DNA of 64,000 nucleotides, taken from Camelus ferus (lineage: Eukaryota). The notes under the pieces were generated by a model. It was not told the DNA's origin. It worked only from the letters and a program-made list of their open reading frames with translations, and did not search any database. How positions within the stretch are numbered: position 1 is the stretch's first letter; every line of letters begins with the position of its first letter. The translations under genes were made by a program, and so were the position numbers. Below, piece by piece: positions 54,201 through 64,000 of this stretch. Location: positions 112,532,001-112,596,000 of the forward strand of contig NC_045697.1 in NCBI RefSeq assembly GCF_009834535.1, read 5' to 3'.

Positions 54201-55936
54201 ATAAATGCATTGATCGGTGAGTGACATGGCGTCAAGTTCACGGAAACATGCTGCGTTTCTGTTTCACGCCATTCGGTTTGCTCCGTCGCCCATCCAGATG
54301 GACGGCGACATATGCCCCTTTTATCACAAAAGATAAATAATGAAAAGACGAACTTACAGTCTGAGGAAAATCATTTTCACTTTTACGTTCAATCCAATTT
54401 AGGTTTCTGTAAAAGGGACTGTTAAATATTCCTGTTATCCGTCACCTACCAGCTTTATTGTCGAGCATCGACTCCCCAAAAAGTGTTATTTATTCCCTGA
54501 AATCTATCACCACGCTGACGGAGCTCTCTTTGAACATATTTTAAAGCATTTTTTATTCCAGCACATAATTTGCTGGAACTTGTTTCCATAGAAAACATAC
54601 TGAGTTTCACAACGCTGCTCTTATTTTTTTCTTACTTGAAATGGTACTCTGAGATCCTGAGCTTAGCACAAGACACGAATGTGCGAACAGCCGGTTGGCT
54701 TCCCAGCTGTGCTTGTGGGGAGCGGGGATTTGATCCCATTCCTTTGGCAGGGCACATGCGCCAGTCCTCTCTCAGGAATGCAACCCCGCTCTCCACTCCT
54801 TTCTTGTCGAAGCCTTGGAGAAGCAGGTGATGGCCCTGAAGAGCACTTGCCCACCCTGCCCCGGTGGGTCTCTGCAGAGAACGAACCCCAGCCTTGTGCC
54901 TGTGGCCAGCTGCCTCTCCTTTGTGAGCTGCAGATCCAGGCTCTTCCCAGGACCCCTGAATCCTGCAGACCACGCTCTGCCACAGAGCCATCTTCGGAGG
55001 GTGGCTTTGCGCAGGCCAGAGGGGGAATCAAGCTTAGTCCTCCTAATGAATGCACTGGGGCTAGACGTGGTGGATTGAGAGAAACACTTCCTGAGCCATG
55101 AAGTCTTCTTTTTATTTTGTTGAATTTTATTTTTCCAGGGCTGATTTCACTTCAGAGCTGTTTGTGGCTGAGGGGCGGATGGAAGAGAAGTGGTGCTGAG
55201 TGAGAGAGGAAATGACTGCCCAGTATTAGGATTTGGGTGTTTACATTGACAATTCCGGGCTTCTCTTAAGTGCAAATAATGCAGTGTGTCCAACTGGGCA
55301 GGGAGCCCTGGGACTATTGGAAAGCAGAAAGCCTTTATTAGGTGCTTGGCATAGAGTAAGAGCACAACAAATACTGGCCAGGTGTAATGGTGCTTTTGAT
55401 TGATGCTTTTGTGTGCATTACGTTCTCTAGTATTTAAACGTTGACTTTTCTCTGTATTTTAGGGAAAAACATAATGCCCGATAGTAATCATTGTCTTTGC
55501 AACAGTCATAAAATGTTTCCAAATGCTGAATTTGGAAATTACCTGGGTAGAAATGTAAGTCTAAAAATTTGCCTCTCACTTTCTTTATTTTTGCCCTGTT
55601 TGCATAATGGGAGTATCTTTAAGCAGGCATTAAAATGCCTTCCAAAAAAACAAAACAAGACTTTCATTTTTCCTGGGTACATAAGGTATAGTGAATAGGG
55701 TCCAAGGAGCATACAAGAGGTTATTTATGAATCAAGGATTCTCACGGAGATGCATGCAAGGAGCCTTGAATTTGATGCTCTGATCAGGGGAATTCTCACA
55801 GCAAATGAATCCTTACAAGAGCAAATGTCACTGGGATGAAAGACGTGTCCAGCCACTCAAGTGAGACTCTTATGCATACTTAATGGATATCCCATCAAAA
55901 AGAAACTTACTCTGAGACCTGTTCAGGAATGACCAC

Positions 55937-56362
55937 TGTGATGGTTAATTTTATGAATCGAATTGGAGGCTGTATTTGAATGAGACTAACATTTAAATTG
56001 GTAAGCGGAATGCTCTCCAGAATGCAGGTGGGCCTTGTCCAAGCAGTTGAAGGCCAGAATTGAATGAAAATATTAGAATCCTCAAGCAAGAGGCAGTTCT
56101 CCAGTGGACTGTCTTCAAACCTTATCTGCAATATCTGCTCACCTGGGTCTCCGCCTATTAGCCCAGCCTGCAGATTTTGGATTTCCCAGCCTTCATAATT
56201 GTATGAACCAATTCCTTATTAAAAAAAAACCTTTTTATGTATATTACTGCACTGTGCACATTTATGCATATTATATGTGTATAGTATGTATATGTGCATT
56301 ATATATATATATACACACACCTCCTGTTGGTTCCCTTTCTCTAGAGAACTATAACACATATG
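55937..56362 (+). mobile_element. ERVL LTR (MLT2D-like)
   Basis: tgtgatggttaattttatg...cctgcagattttgga...gttggttccctttctctagagaac; 5-bp TSD accac. Confidence 0.8.
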
Positions 56363-56693
56363 ACCACCAAGAGCCTTTGACTTTGAATTGTCCACTTTGT
56401 TGTGTTAGTTGAAGGAAGGAATGAGGACTGGGGCAACTAGCTGGGTGATCTAGCAGAAAAGGAGCGAGCAGGGAAAACATGGGCAGCTGTGGAGTTAAGC
56501 ACTGCTATGGTAATGTTTTGACTGTGCTAGTTATACAAATTGCCAAAGTGATTTGCATTTCTGAAAACATGTCTTCAAAGTTAAAAATAAATGGGCCAGG
56601 AGGCATGCAGGAGCACAGTGAGGTCAAGTATTGATCCCTGATCACTTATTTCCCCTTCCTTCTTCTCACTGCTGACTTGCTCCCAACTCATCT

Positions 56694-57212
56694 TGTTACC
56701 GAGTCCATACTCATTCTGCTCACTGCATGACAGACAGGCCAATAAATCGGGAGACAAGGTGTAGGGGCAAGGAATAACGACTTTATTTGGAAAGCCAGCA
56801 GACCAAGAAGATGGGGGACTCATGTCTTAGACAACCATCTTCCCCAAGTCAGAATTCAGGCTCCTTTTATACTAAAAAGGGGAGGGGGTGTGGGTGGTTG
56901 TTGCAAAATTCTTGGTGTCAGAATCCTTTGTTCTTGCAGCTGTCCTTGTAGGTCAGGTCATGGTGTCCCTGCAAACCTTCAACGAGGCAAATGTTATTCT
57001 GTTCTGCAACTTTTTACCTCTACATGAGTGGAAACGTATTAGACCTTTAAAGGTCAGAGCCTTGAGAATGGGCTCTCCTGTCTATTTCAGGCTCTAGGCA
57101 CCATTTATTTACAAAAGGTGCAGAACCAGCATGACTGAGCACAGGAAACAGAGCCCAGGGTTAGAGCTGAAGGGACAGATCTAATGTGGAGTCTTTATTC
57201 TTCCCTATTACA
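56694..57212 (-). mobile_element. ERV1 solo LTR, MER41-like (cetartiodactyl type)
   Basis: TG...CA termini, 4-bp TSD atct, minus-strand AATAAA (tttatt at about 56782) and TATA (ttttata at about 56865). Family name from recall. Confidence 0.75.
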
Positions 57213-58000
57213 ATCTCTGTCAAGGACCATGCTTGATTCTGTCCACAGGTTAACTCTTTAAAAGATAATTTGATGATATCACTCTTCCTCTTAAGTGATG
57301 CTGAAGATTTCTCACTGCCTTCCTGGTAAATCTCATTTCCTAGTCATGGTACACAAGGTCCTTTAATGATCTGATTCTGAAGACATTTCTCCTTCCAAGT
57401 CCTAGGGTCATTTCGCTCTGATTGCTGTGAACTTCTTGATCTACTGATCACCACCTGAATTTACACCCATGCTGGATTTCCCTCTTTACCCTGGATGTTC
57501 TTTTCCTGTTCTTTGGTGGTTGAATTTTCCAGTCCAACTAAAATGGGAACTCAGCTGGAAAGTATTTTCCATTCTGGAGATGCAGAAAAAGCTCCTCCTT
57601 TTTGCTGTCAGAGCACGTTTTATGACATGTCTGCGATCACGCCATCCCACCAGTTTTTCACAGTCTTTGCTCCGTGCAAGGCTGACTTCCTTGACACAGC
57701 AGACAAACCTGGCTTGGAAACTCAGCTGTGCTGTTTGACAGCTGGGTGACACAGAAGGTATTTCCTCACGAAGGCCCATTTCCTCATCTGGAAAACCATG
57801 AAGATGGTAGGAACGTTAGGAAAATTCAGTGTTTTAATACATGAAAGTATTTAGAACAGTGCCTGGCAGAAAAAAAGAGCTCTAAAATATTAGCTTTTAT
57901 TCATTTATCTGTTGATTCAAGAAACATTTATTGAGTACCTGTTGTGGGTCATGCATTGTTTATCACCATCACCCTTATTATTACTCAGTTCACATGTACT

Positions 58001-58228
58001 TAAAAAAAATCATGGACGTGTGGTTGACTTACAATGTTAATTTCAGGTGTACAGCAAAGTGATTCCGTTATACATGTACACACATGTATTTATTTTCTCT
58101 TCAGATTCTTTTCCATTGTATGTTATTACAAGAAATTGAATATAGTTCCCTGTGTTATACAGTCGGTTCTTGTTTTTAATCTGTTTTATAAACAGTAATG
58201 TGTATCTGTTAATCCCCAATCCCTAATG
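58001..58228 (-). mobile_element. Cetartiodactyl L1 3' tail fragment
   Basis: ttacaatgttaatttcaggtgtacagcaaagtgatt...atagttccctgtg. Confidence 0.8.
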
Positions 58229-59249
58229 ATGAACATTTAGCTCTATAAATGTCACATAGATGTTCATTACATGTTTATCAACATAAGAATTGCTTTGGTC
58301 ATTAGGCTTCGCCATGGGGAAAACTGGGAAAACTGCTCAGTTTCCACTCTATTTATTAGGCAAAAAGATACCACCTATAGCTGTGAAAAACATGTTTTAT
58401 CCCCAATGCTGTTTTCCTTAATGGTTCAGAATTTAAATAGCCTAATTAAGATAAAATAATATCTTTTTTGTAGGCAAAATAACTAGGTTTGTGAAGACAA
58501 CACATTATGAAATTACACTGGGAGCACCAATTTATAAATGGTATGATTATGCATTTTTGTCTTAATGTAATATAGCCAATTTGAGTAGAATTAGATACAA
58601 ATTTTAACCTTTGAAATATTAATAATCTCAACTTTTGCAACAAAATCAATATAAGTTTGCAAGAGCAACATATTGTAATGTTAGCTGTTAATAATGACAA
58701 CATCGAATGCCAAATATACTCAGATTTTATAATGTTTATGTTATTGTGTCTAACAGCTCTCAATCTCTGGTGTATGATATATTACATTGAAAATTGTGAG
58801 AAATACAAATGAAAGCATGTCCTTTCCTATATCAAGATAATGCATCCATACTTAGGTATCAAATTCAGGACCTGTTAGGTGAGTTGGCCACAGTCTGTCA
58901 CAAGCCAACTTTGCTGTAACTCATTCCGTTAGTCATTCAGAAAATGAGTAGCAAAGCAGACTCACTGCTAGCGCTCTGATGGTGTGGTTTTTCAGATACC
59001 TAAACCTACCCATGGGGGGCTCATTGGCAGAGATCAACCTGGTTTAACTGTACAGTGTTACAGTCTTTTCAGGCTAACAGTGCAGCTTGTATAAATCCAG
59101 AGCTATTTTAGAGGTGAATATGTCAACTCTTCTGGTAAAAATGTCATATACAGTAGGAGTGGAGCCAAGAAAGAGACAGATGTGGGTCCTTAATGCTGCC
59201 ATTTGGAACTGTTTTAGAATTTTACCGTCTCGTTGCCTTAAAAGAGGGC

Positions 59250-59432
59250 ACTGCAGCCTAGTCACGAAGAGCCCGGTTTCTGGGACCAGACTGCCCAGGT
59301 TCGGTTCTGTTAAACATACTCTCCGTGGCTCAGATTTCTAATCTGTGCAAAGAGGATGCTGAAATGAACAGTCGCTCCTAGGGTAGTCATGAGGGTTCAG
59401 TGGGTTGATTTAGGTAAAGTACGTAGCATGGT
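59250..59432 (+). mobile_element. MIR SINE
   Basis: accagactgcccaggttc...ctcagatttctaatctgtg...gtaaagtacgtagcatggtgc. Confidence 0.55.
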
Positions 59433-60162
59433 GCACGTCTACTCCCGGACAAGAGAGGTCCTTTCCACCTTTGAATGGAGAGCTTAGACTCTCCAGAGTT
59501 GGAAACAAAACCACGTCCTTCCCACGTGCCTCCCACTAGCCTGTCAGCAGCTCTGGCTGCGTCCCGTCCATCATCCCCCCATGTTCCAGTTCACAGAGGC
59601 ACTTTGTAAGTGCCCGTCCTTGCTCATGTGTTTTCAGTCACTTGAAAATCAAATACTCGTGCTCCATGCCTTTTCAGTTCATAGATATAGTTCTTAAACT
59701 TGGATGGAATCCTTGCCCTGTAGCACCAGAGCAAAACTATCAATAATTTGCACTGAAGACTGAATTTTTATTTAATTTTACCTAAAAACAGTTGGATGCC
59801 AACTCTGTGTGCCAGGCGCTGGATTGCTGGGCAGTGCTGGTACAAGAATAATACCGGCCTGATCTCACCCCGAGATGAGCTCAAACTCGATCATTTAAAT
59901 GCAGTGTTTCTGAATCAAAAGTAGGAGGCTTTGGGAATTTTGGCACGTTGGGGGGATTTGGAAGAAGTCACAGCTGTGACGGATTTGTCATGGAGAGGCA
60001 GGGATGACCTGAAGGTGCTGTCCATGGCGAGGGTTAGAGAGGAGAGAGATCACAACAGGGGGAGGCCCAGGATGAGAAGCTGAGAATTCCGATTTACCTG
60101 ATTTATCACCTTTTTTTGGACTTGCAATCCTAGAAAAGAGGGATCGGGGATTATCTTAACTT

Positions 60163-60325
60163 GGAGGTTCTCAAAATGTGGTCCAGGACCTGCCACATCA
60201 GTGTCACTTGGGAACTTATTAGAGAGGCACATTCTTGGGCCAAATTTCAGGCCCTGTGAGTCAGAAACTCTGAGGGGTGGAGTCCGGCAGTCTGGTTTTC
60301 ACAAGCCTTTCAGGTAGAACCTCTT
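60163..60325. mobile_element. MER5A-like DNA transposon
   Basis: ggttctcaaaatgtggtcc...catcagtgtcacttgggaactt...tcagaaactctgaggggtgg. Confidence 0.7.
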
Positions 60326-60689
60326 TCGTAACCTAGCCGGGCTGTACGCAGACAGTCATTCCCATTCAGTGCTTATTAGGTTTAAGCTAATGAAACAATT
60401 TAAAAAATATCATCGTGATCTCTAAGTGACTGCTGCAGAGGGAAGTAGTCTGTTTCTCCTAGTCCTGAAGATAAAGGAGCAGTTATCTCCTGTTCTCTTG
60501 TTAGTGATAAAGAAGACCTAAATAGGCAGCTAACGATACAAAGCAGTATCAGGGATTATCTACAGTAACACAGACTACAGATATTCAGGGAAAGTGACAA
60601 TAACCATGGAGCGGGTGACCGCCGGCAGAGGCAGGACATGGAACTTAGGGGAGGTGGGTGGTCCCGTTCTAGCTCTGGTTCCTAGACAA

Positions 60690-61092
60690 GTCTCCTGATG
60701 ATTTATTGCTGAGCAACGAAACACCCTCAAACTTGGCGGCCTAACGCAACAGTGTTTTTAGTGTCTGTCATTGTTCTGGGTTTGCTGAGCTCAGCTGGGA
60801 GGTTCTTGCCTGGGGTCTTGTTTTAGGGGTGCAGTCTGATTGCAGCTGGTGGAGTTCTCCAAGTCTGAGGAGGTGGGATTCAGTGATGGGATTCGGTGAG
60901 CCCATCTTCACTTACAGGAGGTGGCCTCGTCCCCTCTGCCCTCAGGGCTTCGGCGTCTCCAGGTGACTAGGGCTTTTCACCACATCACGGTCTCAGAGGT
61001 CAGGGTGGTCGCAGGTCAAGTCCTGATTCGAGGGGAGGGAAGACACTGGTGTGAGTCCTTGGAGGGCCATCTGTTGGAGACTAAGGACCACA
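60690..61092 (-). mobile_element. Old MaLR LTR (MLT1-type)
   Basis: tttattgctg...accctcaaacttggcggc...ctcagctgggaggttctt...cctgattcgaggggaggg. Confidence 0.55.
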
Positions 61093-61678
61093 AGTCACTG
61101 ACAGTCTCTGGAAAATGTTGAATGCGGCCTGAATAATCTCTGGAATATTCTGGCATGCAGCTGCACCTTTCTGTGACCTATAAACCTTCCTTCCATAAAT
61201 TGTAATTCACCAAGGAGAAAGTATCACATATCTAAAGTGGGAATCAATTTTCTCTTCCCATGGAGTTTGGTTTTCAGTTGGTTAACAGCATGGTTAACAG
61301 TAAAAAAAAATAAGAGAAATTTCTTTCAGGTTATAAAGCCACTAGCAACCTCTGAGAAAAATATATCCTTATGTTGATGAAGTATCTTTGCTTTAATTTT
61401 ACCTCTATAATTAGAGCACACTAATTTCCCAAGCTACATCACAAATGATGATATAGACCCAATGCGCTTGTGTATGTAAATTTCTTAAAGTCAGTAATAC
61501 CTTATAATTTCATTTTAGTGGTTTGGGGGGGAACTTTTATCCCATTAAAATCATTATTCCTGAAAAGAATAATGGTTCTATTCTGACCCAGATGTTTTGA
61601 AATATAAAGTTCTGTAGAGAAATACAGTGCCCTCTAGTAAATCCTGATGAGTGGAAATAAATGTGGATTTTCTTAGAC

Positions 61679-64000
61679 TTTTTTTTAAATTTTATTTTAT
61701 TGAGTTATAGTCAGTTTACAACGTTGTGTCAATTTCCAGTGTAGAGCACAATTTTTCAGTTACACATGAACATACATATATTCATTGTCACATACTTTTT
61801 CACTGTGAGCTACCACAAGATCTTGTACATATTTCCATGTGCTATACAGTATAATCTTGTTTATCTATTCTATATATACCTGCCAGTATCTACAGATTTC
61901 GAACTCCCTGTCTGTCCCTTCCCATCCTCCCTCCCCTCTGGCAATCACAAGTTTGTATTCTATGTCTATGAGTCTGTTTCTGCTTTGTATTATGTTCATT
62001 TCTCTTTTTCTTTTTTTTCTTTCTCTTTTTCTTTCTTTTTCTTTTTTTTAGATTCCACATATAAGTGATCTCATATGGTATTCTTCTTTCTCTTTCTGGC
62101 TTACTTCACTTAGAATGACATTCTCCAGGGACATCCATGTTGCTGCAAATGGCATTATATTGTCATTTTTATGGCTGAATAGTATTCCATTGTATAAAAA
62201 TACCACATCTTCTTTATCCAGTCATCTGTCGATGGACATTTAGCCTGTTTCCATGTCTTGGCTATTGTAAATAGTGTTGCTATGAACATTGGGGTGCAGG
62301 TGTCTTTTTGAAGTAGGGTTCCTTCTGGGTTATGCCCAGAAGTGGGATTACTGGGTCCTATGGTAAGTCTATTCCTAGTCTTTTGAGGAATCTCTATACT
62401 GTTTTCCACAGTGGCTGCACCAAACTGCATTCCCACCAGCAGTGTAGGAGGGTTCCCTTTTCTCCACAGCCTCTCCAGCATTTGTTATTTGTGGACTTTT
62501 GAATGATGGCCATTCTGACTGGTGTGAGGTGATACCTCATGGTAGTTTTGATTTGCATTTCTCTAATAATTAGTGATGCTGAACATTTTTTCATGTGCCT
62601 ATTGATCATTTGTATTTCTTCCTTGGAGAATTGCTTGTTTAGGTCTTCTGCCCATTTTTGGATTGGGTTGTTTGTTTTTTTCTTATTAAGTTGTGTGAGC
62701 CGCTTATATATTCTGGAGATCAAGCCTTTGTCAGTTTCATCTTTTGCAAAAATTTTCTCCCATTCCGTAGGTTGTCATTTTGTTTTGCTTATCGTTTTCT
62801 TTGCTGTGCAGAAGCTTGTAAGTTTAATTAGGTTCCATTTGTTTATTCTTGCTTTTATTTCTATTGCTTGGGTAGACTGCCCTAGGAGAACATTTTTGAG
62901 ATGTATGTCAGATAATGTTTTGCCTATATTTTCTTCTAGGAGGTTTTATTGTATCTTGTCTTATGTTTAAGTCTTTGATCCATTTTGAGTTTATTTTTGT
63001 GTATGGTGTAAGGGAGTGTTCTAGCTTCATTGCTTTACATGCTGCTGTCCAGTTTTCCCAACACCATTCGCTGAAGAGACTGTCTTTATTTCATTGTATG
63101 TTCTTGCCTCCTTTGTCGAAGATTAGTTGACCAAAGTTTGTGGGTTCATTTCTGGGGTCTCCATTCTGTTCCATCGGTCTATATGTCTGTTTTGTACCAA
63201 TATCATGCTGTTTTGATTACTGTAGCTCCGTAGTATTGTCTGAAGTCTAGGAGAGTTATTCCTCCAGCCTCTTTCTTTTTCTTCAGTAATGCTTTGGCAA
63301 TTCTAGGTCTTTTGTAGTTCCATATAAATTTTATTATGATTTGTTCTAGTTCTGTGAAATATGTCCTGGGTAATTTGATAGGGATTGCGTTAAATCTGTA
63401 TCTTGCCTTGGGCAGTGTGACCATTTTAACAATATTGATTCTTCCAATCCAGGAGCATGGGATATCTTTCCATTTTTTAAGTCTTCTTTAATTTCCTTCA
63501 TCAGTGTTTTATAGTTTTCTGTGTATAATTCTTTCACCTCCTTGGTTAGATTTATTCCCAGATATTTTATTACTTTGGGTGCTATTTTAAAGGGGATTGT
63601 TTCTTTACTTTCTTTTTCTGTTGATTCATCATTACTGTAAAGAAATGCAGCTGATTTTTGAACAGTAATCTTGTAGCCTGCTACCTTGCTGAATTCTTCA
63701 ATTATTTCTAGTAGTTTTTGTCTGGACCTGTTAGGGTTTTCTATATATATTATCATGTCATCTGCATATAGTGACACTTTTACCTCTTCTTTTCCAGTTT
63801 GGATCCCTTTTATTTCTCTCTTTTGCCTGATTGCTGTGTCTAGGACTTCCAAGACTATGTTGAATAGGAGTGGTGAGAGTGGGCAGCCTTATCTTGTCCC
63901 AGATTTTAGTGGAAAGCTTTTGAGTTTTTCACCATTGAGTACTATGCTGGCTGTAGGTTTGTCATATATAGCTTTTGTTATGTTGAGTTATGTTTCCTCT
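61679..64000 (-). mobile_element. Young camelid-type L1, 3' part of ORF2 (frameshifted) plus 3' UTR; continues beyond the window
   Basis: ORF pieces 63346-63852 (RT motif [10 protein letters not shown]), 63203-63424, 62394-62723 and 62155-62481 all translate to L1 ORF2 in different frames; poly(T) end at about 61679. Confidence 0.95.

Noticed and set aside
54570..55101. Five overlapping ORFs of 86-140 aa
   Set aside because: A GC-rich patch open on both strands with no recognisable protein.
60013..60033. REST/RE1-like site GGTGCTGTCCATGGCG
   Set aside because: Only one half matches; the GCTGA half is missing.
1..64000. CRISPR array, operon or other prokaryote-like system; other MARCHF1 coding exons
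   Set aside because: No regularly spaced repeat-spacer array or dense gene content was seen, and a visual search found no MLGWC, NEKSPG or RING-CH exons.

Overview
Mammalian, repeat-rich, mostly intronic DNA. A Vic-1-like tRNA-derived SINE and camelid-type L1 3' ends point to a camelid (alpaca/llama/camel). The only recognisable host coding sequence is a 99-nt ATG-initiated, phase-0 exon at 39955-40053 (+) encoding MPLHQISVIPAREAASNGRSSMGRNKEKNKEGE. I recognise it as an alternative, MARCHF8-like N-terminal exon of the E3 ligase gene MARCHF1. No other MARCHF1 coding exon (MLGWC..., NEKSPG..., RING-CH) was found, so the window appears to lie in the gene's large 5' introns. The rest is L1, ERVL/MaLR and ERV1 LTRs, MIR, L2 and hAT DNA transposon relics. 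There is no prokaryote-type system, and most ORFs in the track are spurious. The best leads are an overlapping uORF on the MARCHF1 exon, a nearby duplicated FOX/CCAAT module and candidate microexon, and a compact L1 whose 5' end is fused directly to its 3' tail (possible spliced L1 insertion). Repeat family names come from recalled consensus sequences, not a database search, and boundaries of old repeats are approximate.
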